A DNA stretch of 63,311 bases, filler included, from Nemertoderma westbladi (lineage: Eukaryota; Animalia; Xenacoelomorpha), in the NCBI GenBank assembly GCA_032718475.1. It is 4 parts of 4 records of this genome, joined end to end, with 100 filler letters (N's around TTAATTAATTAA, not from the genome) between each part and the next. Parts side by side here need not be neighbours in the genome. Positions count along the whole stretch, not along the records: positions 48,136 to 53,769 come from JAUCBJ010000173.1; positions 53,870 to 63,311 come from JAUCBJ010003165.1; 2 more parts are not named here. One strand, written 5' to 3'. Shown one piece after another: positions 51,305-63,311 of this stretch; the stretch's first letter is position 1, and every line of letters starts with the position of its first letter. The notes beneath the pieces were generated by a model. That model had not been told where the DNA came from, did not search any database, and saw only the letters and a program-made list of their open reading frames with translations. Both the position numbers and the translations under genes were made by a program.

Positions 51305-52149
51305 TGGAAGTTATACTTATTAAAATATAAACAAAATTAGCATTACAATAAACTAGCAGTAGCCTACAAATAAATTATTTTATTTAAAAAAAAGTGTTAT
51401 AACTCGTGTGTTAACCACATATGAGAAGTTATACATGCAATCTGAAAAAATCAGCACATTGTGGGTTAAACGTTACGCTGACAGCAGACAAACGACAGCA
51501 AACTACCGACTGCAGTAAACCGAAAGTATACAACCAAAAGCAGGCAACCGACAGCGGACAAACGACAGCAAACAACCAACAGCAGGCAGCCCACAGCAGA
51601 CACACGACAACAATCAACCAACAGCAGGCAGCCCACAGTACACACCGGACGGCAGACAATTTAATAGCATTATTTTAAATAAATTATATAATTGATTTTG
51701 CCGGTATTTGTTGGCCGAAGCGCTCTCGTCAACAAGACAACGTCAACCCCCCTGACTAGCGGCACTGGCTGTTTTCGCTGACGGGGCGGGTGGGGGTCGG
51801 CCTTAAACGACAGGGAATTCAATTTTTTGATACTTTACGTTGACCAAAACATAGGGTTTCGCGTCATTTCGTCCTTTGGTGCAATATCCTGGTATCGTGA
51901 GGAGCTGGTTACAGAGACATGTTATTCAAACCAAAACAATAAACGAGAGATAATATTACATGTTACAGTTTAATTTATGCTGGGATAAATAGATTTATGG
52001 AAAGAAATAGCTTTGCTGTAAATATAAATAAAACTACTGTATTATGCAGCACCTAATGCTAACGAGTAACGACGATATGTAGTTAAGATAAGTAGATTGA
52101 TCTATATTATCGATATGATAACACTAACGACGTAGTGGTAACGCCGTAC

Positions 52150-52378
52150 TACTAGTAGTGTAATACTACTAAACTAGTAGTGTAATACTACTAAACTACA
52201 CTACTACTAAACTAGTAGTGTAATACTACTAAACTACACTACTACTAAACTAGTAGTGTAATACTACTAAACTACACTACTACTAAACTAGTAGTGTAAT
52301 ACTACTAAACTACACTACTACTAAACTAGTAGTGTAATACTACTAAACTGCACTACTACTAAACTAGTAGTGTAATAA
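52150..52378. repeat. 38-bp minisatellite, ~6 copies
   Basis: ACTACTAAACTAGTAGTGTAATACTACTAAACTACACT. Confidence 0.9.
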
Positions 52379-52637
52379 CGTTTTATATTAATTAGTTTTA
52401 GGTTAGAGTAGTAAACGTGTACTATTGTATTTGTGGCCAAGTAACTTAAAGGACCCCCTTTTGGAAATAAGCGAAGAAGTTTTAGGGGTAATCCAGTGTG
52501 TTATGTTGATGTTGGACAATACCAATAATAATATCATATTATTTAATAATTAAATCGAAGTGAAATAATGTAAAATATATAATGTAAAATCAATCTAAAA
52601 AAAGTCATATAAGCAAATTATAAAAACCAGTCGTTAA

Positions 52638-53016
52638 GGCCCGTGCTCCACTGGTATGTCGTATGTCATAAGTCAAAATAAATTATGGAACACATTGGTT
52701 TCAATGGGAGCGTCTCCACTGGTAAGTCACGGTATATAGAACTCGTGTGTCGAAAGTGATTAGGCCTATGTCCCATGTTCCATCTTTATTGACTTACGTC
52801 TCATGACTTATGGCATGCTGGTGCTGGAGGCATGTGATTGATTACTGTACTTTAGGTATAAATATGTAGTAAATGTGAGACGCATCTTATATTTTTTAAC
52901 AAAAGACTTCCCTCTTATGACTACTTACCAGTGAAGCACGGAAAGTCTACTTTTGATTTTCGGACTCAAACAAAAATTCTGAAAATAATTTATGACTTAC
53001 CAGTGGAGCACGAGCC
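52638..53016. mobile_element. PIF/Harbinger (Tourist)-like MITE
   Basis: TIRs GGCCCGTGCTCCACTGGTA and TACCAGTGGAGCACGAGCC, flanked by TAA and TAT. Confidence 0.6.
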
Positions 53017-53146
53017 TATCCATTACATAAAAAATCATTAGAACGATAGAAGGTTTAACTACTGTAGTTGATGCCAATTAAGACGGTTGTGAATGTTACT
53101 GTATATGATTACTACAGTGTGGCCTAGGTGATGTAAGTAGTATAGG

Positions 53147-53426
53147 TTTGGTCCTCTTTGTGACAGTTGGACCCAACTGACACCCATTGGGTGTCATATG
53201 ACACCCTATTATCACCCATAGGGTGTCATTGGCGCCAGACTGTCTGGGTGACACCTCCCAATTAGGCTAATTAGACCCTAATTGATAGGTGTCATCAATT
53301 AATTAGTACAAATTAAACCCTAATAGGTGTCTTACACGACTCCTAATTAGGGTTTAATCAGTGTGATTAGCGCCCTGACACACAATGGGTCATCAATGTT
53401 GTCCAACTGTCACAAAGAGGACCAAA
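53147..53426. repeat. Inverted repeat with 26-bp perfect arms (MITE-like)
   Basis: TTTGGTCCTCTTTGTGACAGTTGGAC ... GTCCAACTGTCACAAAGAGGACCAAA, with internal GACACC/GGTGTC motifs. Confidence 0.75.
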
Positions 53427-53769
53427 GGGTGTCATAAGTGACACAGCGGCTCTTTTATTTATTAATACCTATTTATTTGTATTTAATTTTACTTTATTTA
53501 TTTGTATTTAATTTTAAATTAATTATTCATTTGTACTTTATTTTAAATTAATTAATTGTATTACTTTTACTTTATACATTGATTTATATTTTTAGATTAA
53601 TTAGTTTTTATATTACCAATGAGATCACTATGACATAATATCTATATCCAGACAGCTTTATCGTTGACCTTTGACCCCCAATTAGCTTTAACCAAGCAAC
53701 AGCTTATTAATAATAGTTGTATCCAAGCGCCCCCCCCCCCCCCCCCCCCTCTCGTGACACCTCTGATTA

Positions 53770-53869
53770 NNNNNNNNNNNNNNNNNNNNNNNNNNNNNNN
53801 NNNNNNNNNNNNNTTAATTAATTAANNNNNNNNNNNNNNNNNNNNNNNNNNNNNNNNNNNNNNNNNNNN
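53770..53869. other. Artificial contig linker
   Basis: N44-TTAATTAATTAA-N44. Confidence 0.97.
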
Positions 53870-54515
53870 GTATTTTTTGTACGGTAGCTAGTGTTTTTTA
53901 TGGTATGTAGCTAGTGTTTTTATAGGTGTGTTTTAACAAAAATCGGAATTAGTGTGGCCTGGGTGCACACTTTTTGTCCAAATTTTTTCATGTGAAACTG
54001 ATTAATATCGTGACTTTTTTTGTTCTAGAACAAAAATTTGACCTTCTGACAATAAGATGTGAGTATTTTTTGTACGGTAGCTAGTGTTTTTTATGGTATG
54101 TAGCTAGTGTTTTTATAGGTGTGTTTTAACAAAAATCGGAATTAGTGTGGCCTGGGTGCACACTTTTTGTCCAAATTTTTTCATGTGAAAGTGATTAATA
54201 TCGTGACTTTTTTTGTTCTAGAACAAAAATTTGACCTTCTGAAAATAAGATGTGAGTATTTTTTGTACGGTAGCTAGTGTTTTTTATGGTATGTAGCTAG
54301 TGTTTTTATAGGTGTGTTTTAACAAAAATCGGAATTAGTGTGGCCTGGGTGCACACTTTTTATCCAAATTTATTCATGTGAAACTGATTAATATCGTGAC
54401 TTTTTTTTGTTCTAGAATAAAAATTTGACCTTCTGACAATAAGATGTGAGTATTTTTTGTATGGTAGCTAGTGTTTTTTATGGTAAGTAGCTAGTGTTTT
54501 TATAGGTGTGTTTTT
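53870..54515. repeat. ~193-bp tandem repeat, ~3.3 copies from the contig start
   Basis: GTATTTTTTGTACGGTAGCTAG recurs at 53870, 54063, 54257 and 54450. Confidence 0.93.
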
Positions 54516-55394
54516 TCACTGTTTATAACAGTTTAACATGTGAAAATAACTATTATCATATATTATCAAATAAAATGACTAATGAACGAGAGGGTGATAG
54601 AGGTCGCCCTAGAACTGTTTGAATTGTGGCGATCGGCGATAGTGCCGTACATTAGAGTGTACATAGGACCCTATCTAATAGATACACGGGGGATTGAGTT
54701 AGTGGGATGGGCGGGCTCGAACAACACCAAGCCCGAGGTAAACCCGGAGGATTTGGTGTCGTCCGTCAGCAGAACCGAGACCGCCACAAGCAAATATGGT
54801 AGAATTAGTAGAACCGGGGAGCAACGGGAGTCCGTCGCCACCGAAAAGTCCGCAACATCATCCGCGAAAGCAATAATGGTGTTAGAGATAGATGTCGCGT
54901 GTTAGTTGGACATGGTTGTGTTGGAACAAAAGGAGTTATAGAGGCAGTTCGAGGAGGGAACTGCGTTGTGATAAAGAGAACGTGAGTTAGCGTGAGTATA
55001 AAGAGAGGGCAGATAAAGTGGCGAGAGAGTGTAGAGAAAGGGCTGCAAGAGAAGCAGAACAGTGTTGAGAGAGATGCAGAGTTTGCGAACCAGAGTATTA
55101 GAGAGGATAGGGAGAGAGAGATGGAAGGTAAGATAATGCGGGACTATACAACGAATATGACTTATGGTAGACATTATTTCAGTAATCTTATTTTATGTCT
55201 ACTATTTCAGTCATTTTAAATGCTTTCATATATGGCCTTTCTACAGTAGAGCAATAAATTTATGAAATTATGTATTTATATAGTAGGTAACAGCGTAAAT
55301 GTTATAGCTCTATTTCTCAGATATATTTCCCAGCTACAGATAAGGGGACTTTCGACGGAATAAAAAGCGGGTGTAACAAGGCCGCATTTTTGTT

Positions 55395-55535
55395 TGCATC
55401 ATTAAATGGTAGCTAAATGAGTACTGGCTTTTCCATTGGGGAGTATAGTTCGAGAGGTACCGCACTGGAAATAAGTTGTCAAACTTTGTACGTAATTCCT
55501 GGCCTAACGGCCGAATAAAAATTTTACTTTTTTTT
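55395..55535 (+). mobile_element. 3' half of the SINE family at 5254-5560
   Basis: TGGTAGCTAAATGAGTACTG...CCGCACTGGAAATAAGT...CCTGGCCTA.CGGCCGAA matches the reverse complement of 5270-5403. Confidence 0.75.
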
Positions 55536-56131
55536 AGTTTTATGCCGCTCCAGGGTAAAATCGACGCAGATAACAGCTGATCACTCCTAAAAATACAACT
55601 GTAACCTTTTCTATTGTCTTTAATTTATTGTTTTGGTTAGAATTACAGTATGTGCAATTGTAAACGCTCATTTCCCTTAATTTTTAATTTAACATTAAGA
55701 CGAAATATGAATTTGCCGAGGTGGGTCAAATTCCCCACACCCCCCCCCCCCCCCATCTCCCCAACGCTCGATATTTCTTGAATAACCGTTGTTGGGTGGT
55801 CGTTAAAGTACACACCCGCCGCCACTTGCCTGCCATCATGTCGCACGCCTGTATGTAGAACTTCCATTGAAGCAAAAAATCGTGAATGTTTAAATTTGGT
55901 ACAAATTGATGGAAAGGAGCCGCGTTGTTTAATTTCTGCTCTGGAGTGCTCAGATAATGTTATTTAATTAGATAGTATACCTAGAAATTAAGTGCACATT
56001 TAGTTATCAAATACTATAACTATAACTGTGACTGCGGTGTAGAACTTTTGTAATTACAGTTTTGCAGATTGGGGAACTGACTCTTTTGACACAGACAATA
56101 TTAAAACTAAGGTAACAGTTCCGTATCCGTG

Positions 56132-56704
56132 TAGCACTATATTTTTATTCCATAAATCATGGATGCCATGGCAACATTGTAGAGTTCTAGAACACAATAT
56201 AAATATTATACACTATTCTAGAACATAAATAAAATTAAAAATATAACGTTCTAGAACATATAGCTAGTTATTTTTCAATTTTAAAATAGCTAGAAATTTT
56301 AAAAAAATATAAAAAACTTTTTTTTATTAATGTTTGGTACTGCAGGTTGGAAATTTTTAATATTCATTTACAGTAAATGTATTTTGAAATTTACTTAAAA
56401 ATAAATTTTTTTAATCTACTACCGGTAGCTACTGTATTTTAATTAAAAACAATTAGCTACTGGTATATGTTACAAATATACCAATTTTCAATATTCATTT
56501 ACATTTATTCAGAAATTCATTTAAATACAATTATATTTAATTTACTAGCTATTTTTAAATTAATAAAAACTAGCTATATGTTCTAGAACGTAATAAATTT
56601 TTTTTATTGATGTTCTAGAATAGTATATAATACGTTTCATTTGTTCTACAACTCTTTAACGTTGCCATAGTAACAATGATATATGTTTTAAAAATGTAGT
56701 GCTA
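56132..56704. mobile_element. AT-rich fold-back element (long imperfect inverted repeat)
   Basis: TAGCACTA...ATGGCAAC..AGAGTTCTAGAAC...ACGTTCTAGAACATATAGCTAG mirrored by CTAGCTATATGTTCTAGAACGT...GTTGCCAT...TAGTGCTA. Confidence 0.6.
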
Positions 56705-58524
56705 TAAGGAACTCTTGTCAAAACGGTATTCTTTCTAGAATAATATTTTTTCAAAAGGAACTACAGTATAAAAAAATGAAATTATATATTAAAATTAATA
56801 AATGCTATGATAAAAAATTTATAGGGGAAAGTAGTAGAACGGAACCAGTAGTGCCGAAAATAATAGCTATGTTTATCTAAAATATAGCTACCATAAATTT
56901 CAGTTGCTTGAATATGAAAGGGACATTTGATTATTGAAGGAATTGCAACAAATGTGAATTTCTAGAACTCTCCTCATATTATCAGTCTCAATCTTTAAAA
57001 TCGGTTCCAGATTTACTATACCTACTACATGTACTACTACCATCCACGTATGCAAGGCCCCTGTACATTACTGTCGCTGTCTTACGGGATCATCTGCTGA
57101 CAACAACTCTGCAATAAGTTCTAAACAAAGTGGTTGTGAATTGTCACCATGGTAGCTAGTGGATGGAACCTATTAATATGCGAATATTTTATATTTTATT
57201 TTTATATTCTAATTGATTGGCTGTAACTAAGCTACCAAAAGCGGGATAGGATTAATAACTGGTTATTTTCCCTAGGGCGAATTCGGATATTTTTTTACAT
57301 AGCCCACCATTGTATTGTTATTTTAAACAGTTTGTAATGGGGAATAACGTTATTTACAAAAATAAAGAAAACATACCCAAGTAAAGTAGTGTATTATTCA
57401 TTATACAGTACTAGAAAGCCAGCAAGCAGGCTTTAAACGAACCTGCCCCTCAAACCAGTAACCCTGAGTGAGCGAAAATGAAAACACGATAATTGCCATC
57501 AACTCAACGATAGAAACACCAGCTGCTGGTACTCATGAGGGCCTAGTAAGCTGCTACTATTGATTGAATGGATAGGCCCAAACTGCAGAGAAGTATAGTA
57601 CTAGTCAAATTTATAACTATCTCACTCTAACCCAGACAGTACTTTAATCAAACATCAACTGTAAGTTTGTATAATGTATTACTCCACCAGATGAATAGCT
57701 CTTCCCTGTTAATCCTATGACAATAATCTATAAAGTTACTCACTGCTATGTTAGATGTGAGGCCAGGTAATTGAATTGTAAGCACTGGGCCTTTTAAATT
57801 GTTTATAGGTTGATGATAATGAATGATGAGGGACCCAACTAAACTACGTTTGTCTATATGGACGGTCTCCTTACAGCCGGTCTCCTTTTCTAGTTGAATC
57901 ATATTATTCCGCAACTAAATAATTTACTCTTTTAGACGAATTTGTGCGTTTTTTTGCCGGACTAACAAATTTAGGGGACGTTTTTGATGAGATTGGCGAT
58001 ATTTGAAAAGATTCTGAGGCACAAATATGTTGCACAAGTGACTGAATAGCCCAAATAAAAAAGTACTTGACGAGTTGAAATCGGTGAAATTCGAGATTAA
58101 ATTTTCAAAACCGCTACTTTTCAGTGATCCCGTGATCGAAACGCCACAAAAAATATACAGTCTTGTGCGCAACCAAAATTTATGTAAAGTTTGTTATTAA
58201 AATTTCTGCGTATCTGCTTGAGTTTTTGAGATATTGGATGGTTATACATTTGATTGATTGATTTGATTGATTGATTTGATTGATTGATTTGATTGATTTG
58301 ATTGATTGATTTATTTTTACCCATATAAACATATACATAATAATTAAGCCACACATAATTATTGTAATATAAATTATTGTAATATATATCAGTATATATA
58401 TAAATATAATATATATATATATAGGTAAAGGAGGGCAACCTAGTAGCATTGCTAGTGAACGGCTGCCCACCAGGGAGGGTGGATGGATATTTCAGAGGAA
58501 GGGAATGGGGACAAGGATATAGTT

Positions 58525-58735
58525 AGATTATAATAGGGTTAGATAGGATAGGGTTAGGATAGGCTGCGTAGGTTAGGTGGATAGAGTAGGACATGATATA
58601 AGATAGAATAAGATAGGGTAGGATAGAATAAGATAGGATAGGATAGGGTAGGTAGGAGAATAGAGTAAGGTAGGATAGGGTAGGGTAGGTAGGAGGATAG
58701 AGTAAGGTAGGATAGGGTATGAATAGGATAGGATA
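58525..58735. repeat. Purine-rich degenerate (AGGAT/AGGGT)n simple repeat
   Basis: Strand-asymmetric pentamer run. A (TTGA)n-type run also lies at about 58249-58312. Confidence 0.8.
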
Positions 58736-58984
58736 TTCTTGGAAGAGTTAGAAGTGCCGAATGAGTAAAAAGCAAATGCGGTCGACTGCGATTTTTGGCA
58801 TTATCTGATATATTAATTAATTATCTATACATAAATTTATATTGTTATTTATTTGTGATTTATAAATTTTATTTATATTAGGTATTTTTTATTACTATAA
58901 ACTGTATTTTTATGGGTTTACTGGGGGATAATATCTTACTAGACATTTGACTAGTCAGTGATGTTGATGATGACTGCTTCGAAG

Positions 58985-59640
58985 TGTGACCCCGCGCCCG
59001 GTGTTGTTTTAATAAAGGCCCACTAAGAGTGAGCGTGACCCTGCGCCCGGGTAGATTTAATAAAGGCCCACTAAGAGTGAGCGTGACCCCGCGCCCGGGT
59101 AGATTTAATAAAGGCCCACTAAGAGTGAGCGTGACCCCGCGCCCGGGTACATTTTATAAAGCCCACAAAGAGTGAGCGTGACCCCCGCGCCCGGGTAGAT
59201 TTAATAAAGGCCCACTAAGAGTGAGCATGACCCCGCGCCCGGGTAGATTTAATAAAGGCCCACTAAGAGTGAGCGTGACCCCGCGCCCGGGTAGATTTAA
59301 TAAAGGCCCACTAAGAGTGAGCGTGACCCCGCGCCCGGGTAGATTTAATAAAGGCCCACAGGGAGTGAGCGTGACCCCGCGCCCGGGTACATTTTATAAA
59401 GCCCACTAAGAGTGAGCGTGACCCCGCGCCCGGGTAGATTTAATAAAGGCCCACAGGGAGTGAGCGTGACCCCGCGCCCGGGTAGATTTAATAAAGGCCC
59501 ACTAAGAGTGAGCGTGACCCCGCGCCCGGGTAGATTTAATAAAGGCCCACAGGGAGTGAGCGTGACCCCCGCGCCCGGGTAGATTTAATGAAGGCCCACA
59601 ATGAGTGAGCGAGACAACATGCCCGGGTGCGCCCGGGTTC
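58985..59640. repeat. 48-bp tandem array, ~13 copies
   Basis: GTGAGCGTGACCCCGCGCCCGGGTAGATTTAATAAAGGCCCACTAAGA. Confidence 0.95.
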
Positions 59641-60350
59641 TCAAAAGGTTTAGATTCTAGATATATATATATATATATATCTTAAACGACACCATAAGGC
59701 CATGATATATACAGATGTGGCCTTTGTGTGAAATTTGATTTATATCGGGGCCATATAGTGTAAATTGTGGCGGTAGTGCGTAACGCCTATATGGCCATGT
59801 GGCTATTGTGACAGAGGCCGGATATTATTGAAATTAAGAAATTTTTTGATTGATTTTACATAAATTTTGTGAGTCAGAAATATATCACATATTAGATTAT
59901 TCGTACATTTATGATACTTAACGTGTAAAAATAAGCATAAATAATTTATCGATCATGCTTATTATTAGACAACTTGTATTGTTAATGTTTCGATGTGTAA
60001 AGTGGTCATTGCCACGACCTAATACTGTATTATTTTAATTCTTAACTAACTATTATTAGGGACTTATAACATCTGTCTATCTTTCAAATAATTAATAAAC
60101 AACTTAATTTTTCAATTACAGGCCCATTTTTACAGCCATTTAAATATTGCGGGACGAAACGCCCTAGAATGCCTAGATCCATAACGCCTGTTACGCCCAT
60201 TATCCAAATTATTATCCGACGAAATACCCGTTATCGAAATACTGACACTGATGCCGGTCAGTCACAATCTAATACTAAGTCCTCCTAAAGGGGGCGGGGC
60301 GAGCAATGAGAAATGCAAATAAATTGTCTATAAACTAATTTTAATTATTA

Positions 60351-60735
60351 TTAAATTTAAAAGAATTAGAATAAAAAAGCACAAAGAATTGAATTATTAA
60401 GAAGATAGGCCTAACTAAACTATATGATTAAAATACAACTAGACGATTAGATTCCAAGAATCAAATATTTCGGGGATGGTTCTATAACTCTGAAAAACTA
60501 AACTAAATAACTTGGAATTATTTGTTTAACTGTGTTATAACTGTGTGTTTGTTAAGTGTTAAATTTAAAAGAATTAGAATAAAAAAGCACAAAGAATTGA
60601 ATTATTAAGAAGATAGGCCTAACTAAACTATATGATTAAAATACAACTAGACGATTAGATTCCAAGAATCAAATATTTCGGGGATGGTTCTATAACTCTG
60701 AAAAACTAAACTAAATAACTTGGAATTATTTGTTT
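60351..60735. repeat. Direct duplication of ~177 bp, period 208
   Basis: TTAAATTTAAAAGAATTAGAATAAAAAAGCAC...TATTTGTTT at 60351-60527 and 60559-60735. Confidence 0.9.
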
Positions 60736-60935
60736 ATAATCATTTATAGATCATATTTTTATATGCAGAAACATTATACATTTTTCCAATAAAATTGGGT
60801 CCAAATATGAGGCTTGCCAACAACAATGTTCAGGATTAGCTCTTATTGTGAGTTATAGAATCCCCACTTCACTTAACTATGAATTTAACTAGGCCGACAG
60901 ATATGATCACTCAGATGGTGGATATTCTCCAACCC

Positions 60936-61600
60936 CTACTACTAGGATCGGCATGCTGCATTGCAGCTGCATTTTTAAGAATGCTGTGCCGGCTTGTCAA
61001 CAAAATTGCACCGTCACAACTCCCTATCACCCATGACATTTGCTAGATCATCCGCATTCTCCAGTGTCCTTTAAGATGCGTCTCAAGAAAGTCATGGGCT
61101 GTCCACCATGCTTATTCACTCCATGAGGCTGCCAAAGTACAAGATTATGCACTGGCTGGTCCTCACGGCGAAAGCAATGTCCTGCAAAGCGGAGGCGATT
61201 TTGTTCTAGTGTCAAGCTTGGGGGAACCAATGAGACACCTCCAATGTTATATAGTGTCTGGTTGGAGATGTGTGCATTGTACTTGACACAATGAACCCGG
61301 CGTAGCATTCTTGTGAATGTGCCATCCAGAGATTTGGTGTCCTCAGCAGTTAGAGCCCAGCATGGACTCCCGTAGAGGAGTACTGGAACTACTGCTGCTC
61401 TAAATAATCGAACCTTAAGTTTCCGATTAATTCTCGGCGACTTCCAAATCCTGGAAAACCTATTCAAGGCTGCCCATGCCTTTCCCTTACGTATTCGAAG
61501 GTTCTCACCTGACTTCCGGATCCATGATCCCAGGTAACAGAAGTCGTCCACATGCTCAAGCATACCATCCTTTGAGCTTATGCTCATCCGATCAGAGACT
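60936..61600 (-). mobile_element. 3' portion of the second RTE-clade LINE family
   Basis: LEHVDDFCYLGSW...IRKGKAWAALNR...KVRLFRAAVVPVLLYGS...RLRFAGHC with a (TAG)n tail. Confidence 0.9.
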
Positions 61601-61931
61601 TGCTGAGGACTTTCAAAGTTAACTGTCAGAATTTTGGTCTTTCTGGAGTTAATACCCCAACCAAAATTGGTATTCGGGTTGCCAAATCCATTAACGTATT
61701 CGTTCCAGGTGCGGTAAAAGTCAATAGATCCATCAACTCTTTGTTGAATCTTTATTCCCTGAACCCCTATCAGATGGCCGTATATATTGTTTAACGCGTT
61801 TTGGACGGTTACCAGATCTTGGTCATTATCCTAAAACAATAATTATTGTGTAACTTTAAATTATTTATCTATTTATTCGAAAATATTTTAGTTTTCATCA
61901 TTAGATAAAAATACGAAGCAATTTAGCACAG

Positions 61932-63311
61932 GTATAGACTTACTCACACATTTATTTAATAAGGTTGGTAGGCTTACTCACACATTTATTTAATAAGGCT
62001 GGTAGACTTACTCACACATTTATTTAATAAGGCTGGTAGACTTACTCACACATTTATTTAATAAGGCTGGTAGGCTTACTCACACATTTATTTAATAAGG
62101 TTGGTAGGCTTACTCACACATTTATTTAATAAGGCTGGTAGACTTACTCACACATTTATTTAATAAGGCTGGTAGACTTACTCACAAATTTATTTAACAA
62201 AGGTTGGTAGACTTACTCACACATTTATTTAATAAGGTTGGTAGGCTTACTCACACATTTATTTAATAAGGCTGGTAGACTTACTCACACATTTATTTAA
62301 TAAGGCTGGTAGACTTACTCACACATTTATTTAATAAGGCTGGTAGGCTTACTCACACATTTATTTAATAAGGTTGGTAGGCTTACTCACACATTTATTT
62401 AATAAGGCTGGTAGACTTACTCACACATTTATTTAATAAGGCTGGTAGACTTACTCACAAATTTATTTAACAAAGGCTGGTAGACTTACTCACACATTTA
62501 TTTAACAAAGGCTGGTAGACTTACTCACAAATTTATTTAACAAAGGCTGGTAGACTTACTCACAAATTTATTTAACAAGGCTGGTAGACTTACTCACAAA
62601 TTAATTTAACAAAGGCTGGTAGACTTACTCACACATTTATTTAACAAAGGCTGGTAGACTTACTCACACATTTATTTAACAAAGGCTGGTAGACTTACTC
62701 ACACATTTATTTAACAAGGCTGGTAGGCTTACTCGCACATTTATTTAATAAGGCTGGTAGGCTTACTCACAAATTTATTTAACAAGGCTGGTAGACTTAC
62801 TCACACATTTATTTAACAAAGGCTGGTAGACTTACTCACACATTTATTTAACAAAGGCTGGTAGACTTACTCACACATTTATTTAACAAAGGCTGGTAGA
62901 CTTACTCACACATTTATTTAACAAGGCTGGTAGGCTTACTCACACATTTATTTAATAAGGCTGGTAGGCTTACTCACACATTTATTTAATAAGGCTGGTA
63001 GACTTACTCACACATTAATTTAATAAGGCTGGTAGACTTACTCACACATTTATTTAATATGGCTGGTAGACTTACTCACACATTTATTTAATAAGGCTGG
63101 TAGACTTACTCACACATTTATTTAATAAGGCTGGTAGGCTTACTCACACATTTATTTAACAAGGCTGGTAGTCTTACTCACACATTTATTTAATAAGGCT
63201 GATAGGCTTACTGACACATTTATTTAATAAGGCTGGTAGGCTTACTCACACATTTATTTAATAAGGCTGGTAGACTTACTCACACATTTATTTAATAAAG
63301 TTGGTAGACTT
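61932..63311. repeat. 34-bp satellite, ~40 copies, runs off the window end
   Basis: GTAGACTTACTCACACATTTATTTAATAAGGCTG with 34/35-bp variants. Confidence 0.97.

Noticed and set aside
54582-55219. GC-richer, purine-skewed stretch with short ORFs, possibly a retroelement ORF remnant
   Set aside because: No recognisable motif in the frames I translated; needs a translated homology search.

Overview
AT-rich eukaryotic (metazoan invertebrate-like) genomic DNA, not prokaryotic. It consists of four assembly pieces (1-30932, 31033-48035, 48136-53769, 53870-63311) joined by identical artificial N44-TTAATTAATTAA-N44 linkers, so adjacency across linkers is not assured. Host genes recognisable by protein motifs: the first coding exon of a voltage-gated sodium channel alpha subunit (22292-22912), intronless TMEM203 and HAUS5 only 144 bp apart, one internal EFTUD2/Snu114 exon (45119-45377) and intronless MRPS18B. 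TMEM203 and HAUS5 appear to lie inside an EFTUD2 intron on the same strand. Most of the rest is mobile DNA and satellites: a decayed BEL/Pao gag, several RTE-clade LINE fragments, tRNA-derived SINEs, a hAT remnant, Helentron-like and fold-back non-autonomous elements, and many tandem arrays. The most striking unit is a complete 5,528-bp DNA transposon (33573-39100). It has TAC...GTA termini, a perfect 6-bp target duplication (GCATTA) and ~400-bp inverted ends built from 12-13 copies of a palindromic 22-mer. It carries a decayed IS3/IS481-type DDE transposase and, convergent with it, a HECT-type (G2E3-like) ubiquitin ligase domain that keeps its putative catalytic Cys. All family assignments come from motif recall, not database searches.
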